64,000 bases of DNA, from contig OZ024743.1 of NCBI GenBank assembly GCA_964016885.1, forward strand, positions 242,606,001 to 242,670,000, written 5' to 3'. This stretch comes from Eledone cirrhosa. Its lineage: Eukaryota. Both the position numbers and the translations under genes were made by a program. Shown piece by piece: positions 1-16,400 of the stretch. Position 1 is the stretch's first letter. Each line of letters begins with the position of its first letter. The notes below the pieces were generated by a model that saw nothing but the letters and a program-made list of their open reading frames with translations, made no database searches and was not told where the DNA came from.

Positions 1-49
1 TGACAGTCTGTTTCTCGCGTTTATCAAGACCACACACTTCCCTGCTTCA

Positions 50-254
50 GCCGAGATTTATAGAAACTGGCTTCTTATAGAATTCCAGTAATATTTAAGA
101 GCTAATTAAACAGAGCGATTGCCGGTCCAGCAAAAATTAAGTATTAGTATTGGGGCTCTAAAATAGCGATGTATACATGAATGTATGTATAGTGTATTTG
201 GCAACATACTGTATGTTTAATTAAAAACATTTTGAAGATCATTCGCTATGAGTT
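50..254. repeat. Dispersed repeat, copy 1 (unclassified)
   Basis: gccgagatttatagaa...ttttgaagatcattcgctatgagtt aligns by eye with 61482-61675 and partly with 61276-61378. Confidence 0.7.
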
Positions 255-332
255 ATAAGAGAGGCATATATGTCTACTCCTCTTCCTATTTTATAAAGCC
301 CGAATTGATAATTTATATATATATATAAACGG

Positions 333-564
333 AAAAAATGAAACGAAATTTCATTTCACACTCTTAGTACGGCTGTTACTTAAATATAAGTATGTACACG
401 TACATACATATATGTATACAGACGTACAGTAGTATGTATATATATATACATACATGCACACATATATATATATGTACGTATGGACGTATGTATGTACGTA
501 TACATACTTATATTTAAGTAACAGCCGTACTAAGAGTGAGAAATGAAATTTTGTTTCATTTTTT
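333..564. repeat. Fold-back inverted repeat (~78-bp arms) next to (TA)n
   Basis: 333-410 is the reverse complement of 487-564 with few mismatches; spacer is TA/CA-rich. Confidence 0.85.
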
Positions 565-651
565 GCCGCTTATCGTTTTCGGTGCGCCCGGCCGATTAAC
601 TCACTCAATATGCAAATTAGGCTGCTGAGCCGTTAATATGCATAAGGAAAG

Positions 652-927
652 TGTTGTATGGACTGGGAATCGAACTCACAACCTCATTGTTGTATGGACT
701 GTTAAATTTCTATTCAATTTACACGTGCTCACACACTTGCATATGAATCACGTGACCTGGGCAGTCAGTCAGCGTTGGTATTAAAAACTCGGTCACAGAC
801 TGCTACTTACTTACTTTATGTTATTCTGCTACTGCGAGGAGGGGCGTTTTGGTTGTTTCGCAAATTACACAAATTATTTGATATAACTCGTTGTGTTTTC
901 TCTGCGAGTACCGAGAGGAATACAACA
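652..927 (+). repeat. 5' LTR
   Basis: TG...CA termini; two differences seen relative to 5304-5579. Confidence 0.97.
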
Positions 928-935
928 GAGTTTAT

Positions 936-955
936 TGGCGTCGCCGATAGGATTT
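936..955 (+). promoter_or_regulatory. Primer-binding site, tRNA-Ser-like
   Basis: TGGCGTCGCCGATAGGATTT starts 8 nt after the LTR; its complement AATCCTATCGGCGACGCCA resembles a tRNA-Ser 3' end. Confidence 0.7.
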
Positions 956-1012
956 ACCTACATTGCCGATAGGATTTACCTACATTGCCGAGAAATTGTT
1001 TATCACAAAAAC

Positions 1013-2090
1013 ATGGCGGAACAACAAACAGCGGAGCTAATAAAGTTGTTTAGAGAACAGATGGAACAACAAATGCAACAACAGGAACAACAAATGCAAC
1101 AACACAAGAAAGATATGGACACTCTGATAAAACTGTTTGGTGCTCGAGATTCTGAACAACAGAGTTTATTGGCGTCGCCAGTTGCTTCGACACCAACACC
1201 ATTCATCCCACCATTTGCTGCTTTTGATTCAACAACAGAACTATGGCCTGATTACTGGTCAAGATTATGCACGTTTGTGGCTGCTAACGCTGTACCCGAG
1301 CAACGCATGGCACAAGTGTTCCTGACTAATCAGACGGCTGCTATCTACAAACAACTTGCAAATCTGGCTGCTCAACAAAATCCGCCTAAGAATATCAACA
1401 AGTTGACAATGGACGAAATTGTTGACTTCATGAAAGAACAGTTCGACCCAAAACTTTTCATTGTGAGAGAACGTTTCAAGTTCTGAAGTGACATGCAACG
1501 GAAGCCAGGCGAAACTCTCCAGGAGCTGGCAGCACGTATACGTCAGGATGTAGCTACCTGTGATTTTCCTTCGATCACAAATCCACAAGATGAAGCTCTA
1601 AGACAGAGATTTATATGTTCTGTCAATAATGAAGCTGTGTTGAAGGCTATTTTCAAGATCAAGGATACAGAACTAGATTTCGCCCGTGCTGTCCAAGTTG
1701 CCATCGGGACCGAAGACGCAGCAAAGGTTGCCAAGGAAACTGTTTAGGGTTCCAAAACCAAGCAAGTCTACAAGGTCCAGCAGAACAAGAACAAGGGTCC
1801 TCGAAAGAACTATCAGCAGTCTTATTCCACAGACCAGGAGATGTGCTACCGATGTGGAAAGGCCCACAAAGCGACAGACTGCCCCTTCAAAGAAGCCAAA
1901 TGTCATTTTTGTGACAAAAAGGGACATTTGCAAGCGGTGTGTAGAAAGAAACAACATCAGCAACGTAATCATCGCTCACAGAATTACGTGAAAAGAATCA
2001 CGAAAGCTGAGCTAGTCAAGTCGATCCTTGGTGAAGTTCCCCACGATACTCATAGTTTGAATGTGCCAATAACAATCCAGACTTTTCACA
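1013..2090 (+). pseudogene. gag: gag with two CCHC zinc knuckles, disrupted
   Basis: ATG at 1013; in-frame stops at 1484-1486 and 1745-1747; CYRCGKAHKATDC and CHFCDKKGHLQAVC; frameshift near 2080 into the protease frame. Confidence 0.9.
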
Positions 2091-5000
2091 ATGGAATTGG
2101 ACACAGCTACTACAGGCAATTTTGTTTCCTTGTCAGTTTGGAAACAATTAGGAAAACCGAAGCTGCAAGCTGTCAAACATCGGTTTGAATCTGCCAGCAA
2201 GCACGACCTGCCCGTTCTGGGAACTTTCATGGGCCAAACCAAGGATCCAACGACCGGTAAACGGAATTCAATACCCTACATCGTCACCAAGATCCCTGAT
2301 CTTAATTTGCTGGGACGAAACGCTATCCAGACTCTGGGAATTTCCGTGGACAATGCTCTAGGATTGAAAAGCATAGACAGCCAGGCCAAGAGTGAGGGTG
2401 CAGAAGTGATGCATCCAAAGACCTCAAATGAGCCCTATATTTCCATGCAACGAGATTGTCACAACATGTGTGATGAATTCCCAGATCTCTTCAAGCAAGA
2501 ATTGGGATGTCTTAATGACTTCGAACTGGAAGTGAAGTTCAAGTCGGACGCGACACCGGTCTTTCACAAGGCACGCCCGGTCCCGTTTGCTCTTCGTGAT
2601 GACCTGGCCAAAGGTTACGAAGAAGGCATCGCCAAAGGAATCTGGAAGCCAATACAGTTCAACGAATACGGAACGCCAGTGGTACCGATTCGTAAAGCAC
2701 ATACTTCAGGCAACCTGAAGCCCAAACTACGGATTTGTGGTGACTACTCTGTGGGAATTAATGACCAACTTGCAGATCATCGTCATCCAATGCCACTCCC
2801 AGAGGAACTGATGCAGAAGCTCGGAGGTGGATTCGGATACACAAAGATTGATCTTGCTGATGCCTATAATCAGATCAAGCTGGCTCCAGAAAGTCAATGC
2901 AGGCTTGCACTCAGCACTCACTGTGGGGTGTTCCTGCAGGAACGACTCCCTTTCGGAATCAAGTCAGCACCTGGTTACTTTCAGGAGATCATGGAAAACC
3001 TGATTCAAGATCTACCTGGTGTGGCCGTCTTCCAGGACGACATGCTTGTCAGTGGGAAAGATGCAAACGATCACCTGAACAACCTAAAGTGTCTGCTCAC
3101 ACGTCTGTGCGACAAAGGACTCAGATGTCGCCGTGACAAGTGCCAGTTTGCACTACCCAGTGTGGAATACCTTGGACACACCTTGTCGGCTGAAGGGATC
3201 GCGAAGGGATTCAAGGTCGAAGCAGTTTTAAAGATGCCACCTCCAACGAACGTCTCAAGCTTGAAGTCTTTCCTGGGTTCAGTTCAGTTCTATGGAAAGT
3301 TTATCCCAAACCTGGCCAGCATGGCAGAGCCACTCTATTGCCTTACGAAAAAAACGACTTTTTGGAAGTGGGGAGATGAAGAACAGTCAGCTTTCGATCA
3401 GTTGAAAAATGTGCTTTCATCGGATCGAGTTCTGATACACTTCGATCCAAACAAAACTTTGGGACTGGCTTGCGACGCGTCAAACGTTGGTATTGGAGCA
3501 GTCCTGTTTCATCGCTATCTTGATGGAAGCGAGCGCCCAATATCCAATGTGTCCAAGACTCTTACTTCTGCACAGCGTAACTACGGCCAAATTCAAAAGG
3601 AAGCCCTGGCTATCATATTTGGCTTGCAGAAGTTCTATCAGTATCTGTACGGATATCAGTTTATACTCGTAACTGACCACAAGCCACTGACATCACTGTT
3701 AAGTCCGAGGAAAGGGACGCCACTTCTCGCTGCTAACCGACTAGCACAGTGGGCCATGTGGCTGAACCAGTTTGACTATACCATCGAATATCGGAAAACA
3801 GCGGATCATGGCAATGCAGATGCCCTCAGTCGCTTGCCATTTGGTAATGACATCGACTTTGACAGGAAGGAAAATGGTGAAGACATGGACATGGTGTGCG
3901 CCATCAAAGCTCTCAGTCTTCAAGTCCAACCTATCGATTCTAACGTCCTCCGTCAAGAGTCAGGGAAAGATCCAGTGATATCTACAGTGATACGCTACGT
4001 CCGTGAAGGCTGGCCACCAAAGAATACTGAGATCAATGACGAAGTCAATAAGTTCCGGAAGTTATCGGATTCACTCAGTATCTGCCACGGATACCTTATC
4101 CATGGATCGAGAGTTGTGATTCCACATGCCTTACAGCCAAAGATCCTCAATCTTCTGCATCTCGGACACTTTGGCATGGAGCGCATGAAACAATTGGCAA
4201 GAACTGCTGTTTATTGGCCTGGTATCGATGCTGCTATAGAGAAAACCAGTCGACAATGTGATTCGTGTGGTGAACATCAAAACCAGCCATCCAAGTCTCC
4301 AGTTCACCCATGGATGTTACCTGAAAAGCCGTGGAGCCGCTTACACCTGGACCATGCAATAAATTTCATGGGCAGTAATTGGTTGGTGATCACGGATGCT
4401 TATTCCAAGTATCCATGCATTCATCCTACGTCATCCACGTCCTCCAGAGCCACTTTAGATCTGCTTGAAGAAGACTTTGCGCACTTCGGATTTCCTCACA
4501 CGCTAGTCACCGATAACGCACCAACTTTTATTTCTGAGGAGTTCCAGAGCTGGTGCAAAGAACGTGGGATCACGCACCTGACAGGGGCACCTTACCACCC
4601 AGCTACTAACGGAGCAGCGGAACGTTTGGTGCAGACCTTCAAACAAGCTCTGAGGAAGACTTCTCTTCCACCGAAGCGAGCACTTCAAGAGTTCTTGATG
4701 CAGTACCGGAGAACACCGACATCCAGTGGATTCTCTCCGAGTGAACTTTTGAATCACCGGCAGATACGGACAAGGATTGATTCTCTGCTGCCCTCGCCAG
4801 CACACATCGCTCAAGGCAAGCAGTCTAAGGAAGCATATAAGTCTCAGATGACTCCGGACTCGGCAGGTGTCGCTAAGGTTACCAGGCAGTACAAGGCTGG
4901 AGATCCTGTGTATGCACTGTACCCGGGCCTCGCCGAGACAAAGATGCCCAATGGGTACCAGCAATCATTAAGAAGTCATTGGGTACTCGCTGCTTCAACG

Positions 5001-5269
5001 TTAAGGTCATACCTCATGGCCCGGTGTGGAGACGACACTGGGAACAGCTGCAACCGCGGTACACTACTGAGGAAGACAATGAACCTGGTGATGCAGTAGA
5101 CACTGTTTTTGAATTTGCAACAGATCACCCGATGGAGATCTCGGAAATCGTGCCACTAACTCCAAGACAGACCAGACCCAAGACCTTGTTGCCTATTCCA
5201 GAGTATGGACCAGACAATCGAAGATGGTCCAAGAGAACTCGTAAACCCCCAGAGAGACTTTGCTGTTGA
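2091..5269 (+). pseudogene. pol: pol (protease, RT, RNase H, integrase), frameshifted near the C-terminus
   Basis: LDTA protease motif, LPFG and FQDD RT motifs, CDAS RNase H, HLGH..C..C zinc motif, D-D-E integrase (LDHA, TDNA, AERLV); shift near 4920 into ORF 4979-5269. Confidence 0.93.
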
Positions 5270-5293
5270 TGCTTCTTTTGTCGCATCAATTTC

Positions 5294-5303
5294 GGTGGGG
5301 AGG
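5294..5303 (+). promoter_or_regulatory. Polypurine tract
   Basis: GGTGGGGAGG directly before the 3' LTR. Confidence 0.8.
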
Positions 5304-5579
5304 TGTTGTATGGACTGGGAATCGAACTCACAACCTCATTGTTGTATGGACTGTTAAATTTCTATTCAATTTACACGTGCTCACACATTTGCATATGAAT
5401 CACGTGACCTGGGCAGTCAGTCAGCGTTGGTATTAAAAACTCGGTCACAGACTGCTACTTACTTACTTTATGTTATTCTGCTACTGCGAGGAGGGGCATT
5501 TTGGTTGTTTCGCAAATTACACAAATTATTTGATATAACTCGTTGTGTTTTCTCTGCGAGTACCGAGAGGAATACAACA
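5304..5579 (+). repeat. 3' LTR
   Basis: Direct repeat of 652-927, followed by TSD GAAAG. Confidence 0.97.
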
Positions 5580-5627
5580 GAAAGTATATACTTTCAGACG
5601 TTCAATCATCTGGCAGGAAGGTATACA

Positions 5628-5664
5628 GTGCTGACGATAGCTAATAAGCTTGAAACTAGTACAT
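5628..5664 (+). ncRNA. Minimal type I hammerhead ribozyme motif
   Basis: gtg-CTGACGA-t-agct-aata-agct-t-GAAA-ctag-TA-cat: intact core, 4-bp stem II, palindromic stem III. Confidence 0.75.
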
Positions 5665-5829
5665 CGTTCCTTTGTCAGTGTTGAACAAAAGGGAAACGAT
5701 GGTTGCTAAACACTGTACGGCTTAATTCAGGATGTTTGTTTACAAACACACCGAGCATTATAATAAATGTTCGGTAAATCCATACGTACATATATATGTG
5801 TGCATGTATGTATATATACATACTACTGT

Positions 5830-9025
<3,196 letters not shown>

Positions 9026-9026
9026 A

Positions 9027-9274
9027 GTTTCTGATTTAGGCACAAGGCCAACAATTTGGGGGGAGGAGAAAGTCGATTATATCGACCCCCAGTGCGTTAC
9101 TGGTACTTTATGTTATCGACGTTGCAAGGATGAAAGACAATGTAATCCAACCGAGGTTAGTTTTGCCTTTCACCCTTACGGGGTCGTTAGAACAAAGTTC
9201 TAGAAACACACTGGGGTTGATTTAATCGCCCCCCCCCCCTCTAAAATTGCTGGTCTTGTGCCTAAATCAGAAAC
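9027..9274. mobile_element. Two partial SINE copies in inverted orientation (MetaSINE-like central domain)
   Basis: gtttctgatttaggcacaag...cttgtgcctaaatcagaaac; tttgcctttcacccttacggggtcg core shared with 19406-19432. Confidence 0.7.
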
Positions 9275-9813
9275 CAATATTATTGTCGTTGTTATTAGTT
9301 ACCTCTTAATGTCTGTTTGGTTTCATTTTTTTTAATTTTCATCTTAATTTTTCATTGTTTTGTTCTTTGTTTTTCTTTTTGTTTTGTTGTATTATTGTTC
9401 TTCGGGTTTCTTTTACAGTTCATTTTATTCATTTCTTTGTCTAGTTTATATTTTTATTTTCATTCTAAAATATTTCTCTTTCCACTTTCAATTAAATTTT
9501 GATTAATATCTGCCTAAAAAGAGATCACTTGCCAGGAATTTACAATCAGAATTGCATTCCATTCATATGGCCAAGCTGCAGAATTACACCATGAATAGTT
9601 AGTGAAATATGGTGTCTAATACAAAAGCAATGGTTAATGTCACATGACATATATAACATGGCCGCTTCACTATGAGAATATGAAATAACGCAAATGATAT
9701 TTTTAGCAATAATTAGCTGTTTAAACTCCATGTCAGACTAGCAGCAGCTCTACATTGAAGCACAATGTCATACACATACCGGTGTCTGAGATATATAATA
9801 TGTATATAATATG

Positions 9814-9844
<31 letters not shown>

Positions 9845-9858
9845 CATACATACATACA

Positions 9859-9894
<36 letters not shown>

Positions 9895-9947
9895 TATGTC
9901 TATACATACATATATATTTTTACATTATATATATATACACACATACA

Positions 9948-10048
<101 letters not shown>

Positions 10049-11075
10049 GCGTGCGTGGGTGTGTGTGCGTGCGTGTGTGTGTGTAATGAATATCTGTGCG
10101 ACTGGTTCCGAAGGCGGAATTCTGTTGCTGTGATTAAAAAAGTGTCTTTGTGTGTGCGTATTACTGTGTGTACATACATAGATACAAAACTTCTTGTAGA
10201 TAATAACTACCATCTCAGGTGTACATTAACGTATGTATCTTGTACAAATAATATTTTTTAATATTACATATTGCGTCACATCATAAGACAGTATTCAAAT
10301 ATGATCCATTCTAAAACCTCGACAACAAATGCAACATGCTTTTTTATATACACATATACATGTGTATGCATGTGTGTGTGTGTGTGTACATGTGTTTGTG
10401 AGTGAGTTTGTTTGCGCATGCGTGTATGTGTGCGTGCCTGTGTGTACCTTGTGTATTCTGTTTTGTAAGTTCGTATATCTACAGGCATATGAGGATATTT
10501 TATCGGTATATATATATATATATATCGGTATATATATATATATATATCGGTATATATATATATATATATATATATAAGCATGCATATACGCTCTATATAT
10601 ATATACAAAAATGCATGCACACATACATATTCTTTTATTTTTCTTCGTGATAAATATATGATGGATTACGTGTAAAATGAAAGACATACTGATATGGAAT
10701 TGTGTATAAGAAATTACATAACTTATTGTTAGCGGGTTTTCCTACGAAAGACAGAAAAACATAAAAATAATCTGGCAAAGCTCAGTTAAAGCAAGGAAAT
10801 TGAGTTATAATTAAATTAGCTACATTTAATAATATCATACTATCGGAATAACTCGACGGTTTAGTAGTAAGAGAAAAAAGAATATATAAGCGTATATATG
10901 TATGTATGTAAGTATTTATTTATATATACACATACACACAGATACACACACACGCATATAGATGCGTATAAATACGTGTTTATGCATATATAGCTATAGA
11001 CATATCTATTTACATATGTATATATATATATATATATATATATTGTATATATATGTGTGTATATGTGTGTGTATG

Positions 11076-11118
<43 letters not shown>

Positions 11119-11233
11119 AGATATAGATATATAAATATGTGTTTATATGTGCAAATACATACAGATACATCACACAGATGTGGGTATTATACCACACACA
11201 CACACATATATATACATATTTGTGTATGTGTGA

Positions 11234-11275
<42 letters not shown>

Positions 11276-11354
11276 GGATTATTGCATATACGTCAGTGAG
11301 ATATGTGAACTCGTAACATGATTAAAATCTTCCACATGCTCACACGCTCTTTAT

Positions 11355-11444
<90 letters not shown>

Positions 11445-11559
11445 CTCTCTCTCTCTCTCTCTCTTTCTCTTTCTGTTTCTGTTTCTCCCCTTTCTCTTTC
11501 TCCTTATCACTCTATGTCACCAATTTGTCAATATATACATATTTACACATATATTTATA

Positions 11560-13450
11560 AAGCAGTATGTTATTTGGCGGCTACGACAATACAAAATGGA
11601 CGGTAAGTTTCGGAATAAATTGAAGGCAAGGAAGATAGGAAGATGTTTGTGTGTTACCTGTTATTTTATTTACCTGTCCTAATATTTCGGGTCTATCAAC
11701 CCTTCGACAAAAGACAATAAGAAACTGGATCCAAGTTCGTTATATTGCTGATACAGGTTCGCCATTTTTATAATTTTTTTTTTCGTAAACTGTGGTCTAT
11801 ATATAGCTGCCGGAAGTGACGTCTCAGTGAACTGACATGTATAATGTTGTGTTTGCGTGTTCTTGTTAAATGATGTGTGTTTTTCTTTATGTTTTTATGT
11901 CAATCTTTCTTTCGATGCAAATGTTTTGTCAATTTGTAATATATTGTATAGTTTAACTATTCTGGATTGAATTATGTGTTTGGGCTTGTATGTGCGTGCC
12001 TGTATTTATCGTATCTTGTATACCTAGTTGTAATTGTCTATTATGCGTGTGTGCGTAATTCTGTAAAAAGTTACGTGTGTGTGCTTTTATGTCATGTATT
12101 GCGCGCGGAACTCTAATCTGTTGTTGCTTTGTAGGTTTAGCCTAGCTATTAGTATTCCTTCTTTGATTCTAAGGATGCTTAAGTTCCTCTGCCTGGCTTC
12201 AATAATAACTGCTATGGCTTTGTTGTTGTTTTTGCATTTGTCTAAGTGTTCCATGAAGGCGGATGCGTGTGCATTGTTCCTTAAGGCAAGTGTGAAGAGG
12301 TCTAACGGTACTACCGATGTAAAATTCCCTTCATTTGTCGCATTGAATGCAGTATATTATGTATGTTCGCTGGCACATACCTGTATCATGAATTGGGTAG
12401 TTTGCCAGTGTGCTTTGGTTGTTGCTCTCCCTGGGTTACCTTTTCGATAGTTGGTCTCGAAGTGAAAGGTCGAAGTGGGCCAATTGCATATCTAGTCTCT
12501 GCAGTTTTTTATATTCACTGATGTGTGGTAGTTTCAGGAAGCAGGTGTTGGAGGAGGTCCTGTTTTCGGCATCTCAGGCCCCTTAGACGACTCACAGTAG
12601 TTGTTGGGTAACCATCGACTTTAAGTGCTTCTAGAAAATGTACCGTGTGGTTGGCATCGTCCTCCGCCTTGCTGCATTTGTTCCAGATACGTGTGAGTTC
12701 ATTCTTCAAGTATCCGGTTTTAGCACCAAGGGGAAGGCAGATTTATAATGTACATACCTGTCTCTGCAGGCGGCTTTCCTGTAGAATTTGGTGTGGATGT
12801 CACCTTCTTCTGTTACCTTCAGCTGGAAGTCAAATACGGACAGGAATATAATGTTGTCATGGGGTTCTACGCTGAACCGTTTATTATCGTTCGCGTTCGC
12901 GAACGTCGTGGATATCTTGTTGGCCTCTTCACAGGAAGCCGTGAGGATAAATATATCGTCTATGTACCTGGTGAAGAAGGTACATGTGTAGCAGGTGTTC
13001 AGCGTGCAACGTTCCAGCTGATTCATATAGGTGATGGCCAGTAGTCCTGATTGGCTGTTTGTAGATTTGGGCACGGAAGGTGAAAAATGAAATGTGTTGT
13101 CCACGATGAAGGTTAGGGGTCGGTGTATGTCGAACGTGGTGCGTCCGAAGCAGTATAGGTTGTAAGAAATGATTCAATCAGTAACTAGTTTGACAGTTAG
13201 GTGGACGGGTACTAATGTATAGAGGGAGAAAATGTCTAAGCTAAATATGTATCTATTAAGTCTACGTTATTCTAAAGGTAGTTGACAGTCTTTATATGAC
13301 CACATGGGAGCTGCTGAAAGGCTCGGAAAATGTGGAAAGTATAGGCTTGAGGATCTGAGAGAGAACCAGGAGATTCTGTAGAGGGACCCTTCTATGCTAG
13401 AGACAATTGGCTCTAGCATAGAAGAGATAATTTTCTCCAAAAATTGACTG
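11560..13450 (-). mobile_element. Penelope-like retroelement, 5'-truncated and decayed (RT + GIY-YIG)
   Basis: RYIDDIF RT motif and FYRK...YVHYKSAFP (12706-13104); IYCIQC...FYIGST endonuclease motif near 12310-12360; hammerhead-like motif downstream. Confidence 0.88.
11676..11715 (-). ncRNA. Degenerate hammerhead motif in PLE 3' region
   Basis: Minus strand gtctt-TTGTCGA-a-ggg-ttgataga-ccc-GAAA-ta-TT-aggac; two core substitutions. Confidence 0.5.
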
Positions 13451-16400
13451 GAATTTTAAACGAAAATTGACTGAAAATTGGCTTAATTTTCAACAAAAAT
13501 TGGTTAAATGATCAAAATTTGGCTGAATTTTCACCCCAAATTGACTAAATATTCAACAAAAATTGACTGAAAATTTGCTTAATTTAAAAAAAATTTGCTT
13601 AATTTTCAACAAAAATTTGCTTAATTTTCAAGAAAAATTAGCTAAACTTTCAACTAAATCTGACTAAATTTTCGGAAGAAATTGGCTAATTTTTCAACAA
13701 ACATTGACAAAAGTTTCAACAATAATTGGCTAATTTTTGACAAAAATAGGCTGAATTGTCACCAAAAATCGGCTTTATTGTCACCAAAAATTGGCTAAAT
13801 TTTCAGCAAAAATTGGTTAAATTTTCAACAAAAATTGGTTAAATTTTGAACAAAAATTGACTAAATTTGCAACAAAAACTGGCTAAATTTTCAGCAAAAT
13901 TTGGCTAAATTTTAAGAAAATTTGGCTGAATTTTTTACAAATATGGACTAAATTTTCAACAAAAATTGGATAAATTTTCAACAAAGATTGGCAGAATTTT
14001 CAACATAAATTGATTAAATTATCAACAAAAATTGACAAAAGTTTCAACAATAATTGGCTAAATTTTTGACAAAAATAGGCTGAATTGTCACCAAAAATTG
14101 GATAAATTTTCAGCAAAATATTGACTAAATTTTCAGCAAAAATTGGCGAAGCTTTCAGCAAGAATTGGTTAAATTTTCAACAAAAATTGGTTAAATTTTG
14201 AACAAAAATTGACTAAATTTTGAACAAAAATTGACTAAATTTTCAGCAAAATTTGGCTAAATTTTCAGCTACAATTGGCTGAATTTTCTACAAAATGGAC
14301 TAAATTTTTAACAAAAATTGGATAAATTTTCAACAAACATTGGCGAAACTTTCAACAGAGATTGACTAAATTGTCAGAAAAAATTGGCGAAACTTTCAGA
14401 AAAAATTGGATAAATTTTAGACAAAAATAGGCTGAATTTTCAAACAAAATTTTCAGCAATAGTTGGCTGAATTTTCAACAAATTTTGACTAAATTTTTAA
14501 CAAAAATTGGTTAAACTTTCGACAAAAATGGGCTAAATTTTCAGCAAAAATTGGATAAATTTTCAACAAAAATTGGCATAATTTTGAATATAAATTGGTT
14601 AAATTTTCAATAAAAATACACTAAATTTTCAACAAAAATTGGATAAATTTTCAACAAAAATACACTAAATTTTCAACAAAATTTGGCTAAATTTGCAGCA
14701 AAATTTGGCTAAATTTTCAGCTACAATTGGCTGAAGTTTCTACAAAATGGACTAAATTTTTAACAAAAATTGGATAAATTTTCAACAAACATTGGCGAGA
14801 TTGACTAAATTGTCAGAAAAAATTGGCGAAACTTTCAGAAAAAATTGGATAAATTTTAGACAAAAATAGGCTGAATTTTCAACAAAATTTGACTAAATTT
14901 TTAACAAAAGTTGGTTAAACTTTCGACAAAAATGGGCTAAATTTTCAGCAAAAATTGGATAAATTTTCAACAAAAATTGGCATAATTTTGAATATAAATT
15001 GGTTAAATTTTCAATAAAAATACACTAAATTTTCAACAAAATTTGGCTAAATTTGCAGCAAAATTTGGCTAAATTTTCAGCTACAATTGGCTGAAGTTTC
15101 TACAAAAATGGACTAAATTTTAACAAAATTTGAATTTAAGTTGGCTTAATTTTCAACGAAAATTAGCTGTATTTTCAACAAGAATTGACTAAAATTACAA
15201 CAAAAATTAGCAGAACTTTCAACATAGATTGACTAAATTATCAAAAACATTGTCTAAATTTTCAACAAAAATTGGCTAAATTTTCAATAAAAATTGGCTG
15301 AATTTTTAGCAAATATTGACTAAATTTTCATCAAAATTTGACTAAATTTAGAACCCAAATTGACTAAATATTCAACAAAAATAGACTAAATTTTCAACAA
15401 AAAATGACTGAATTTTCAACAAAGATTGACAAAATTTTCAACAAAAATTGGCTTAATTTTCGGTAAAAAAAACTGAATTGTCAGCAACAATTGGCGAAAC
15501 ATTTCAGCAAGAATTGGCTAAATTTTCAACAAAAATTGGCTGAATTTTCAAACAAAATTGACAAAATTTTCAACAATAATTGGCTGAATATTCGACAAAA
15601 ATTGACAAAGTTTTTAACAAAAATTGGTTAAATTTTCAACAAAAATTGGCTGAATTTTCAAGAAAAATTTACTGAATTTTCAACAAACATTGACTGAAAA
15701 TTTGATTAATTTTCACCAAAAATTGGCTGAATTTTTAGAAGAAATTGGTTGAATTTGGCTAAATTGGATAAATTTTCAACAAAGATCGGCTGAATTTTCA
15801 ACAGAAATTGACTAAATTTTCAACAAACTTTGGCGAAACTTTCAACAAAAATTGACTAAATTGTCTGAAAAATTTGGCGAAACTTTCAGAAAAAATTGGA
15901 TAAATTTTAGACAAAAATTGGCTGAATTTTCAAACAAAATTTTCAACAATAATTGGCTGAATTTTCAACAAAATTTGACTAAATTTTTAACAAAAATTGG
16001 TTAAATTTTCGACAAAAATGGGCTAAAATTTTAGCAAAAATTGACAGAATTTTGAAAATAAATTGGCTAAATTAAATTTCAACAAAATTTGACAAAATTA
16101 TCAACAAAAATGGTCTATATTTTTAGCAAAGTTTGGATAAATTTTCAAAAAAATTGACAAAATTTTCAACAAAAATTGTTTGAATTTTCAACAAAAATTG
16201 ACTGAAAATTTGCTTAATTTTCAACAAAAATTGGCTAAATTTTTAGCAGAGATTGGTTGAATTTTCAACAACAAAAAAAGTAAATTTCCAACAAAAATTG
16301 GCTAAATTTTCGACAAAAATAGGCTGAATTGTCAGAAAAAATTGGCATAATTTTCAGCAATAATTGATTAAATTTTCAGCAAGAATTGGCGAAAGTTTCA

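Larger units (their letters stand above)
652..5579 (+). mobile_element. Full-length Ty3/Gypsy LTR retrotransposon (Mag/K02A2.6-like)
   Basis: Two 276-bp LTRs TGTTGTA...TACAACA, TSD GAAAG (647-651 and 5580-5584), PBS, PPT, domain order gag-PR-RT-RH-IN. Confidence 0.97.

Noticed and set aside
610-617. Octamer ATGCAAAT just upstream of the LTR
   Set aside because: A single short motif inside repeat-derived DNA; no snRNA gene or promoter context seen.
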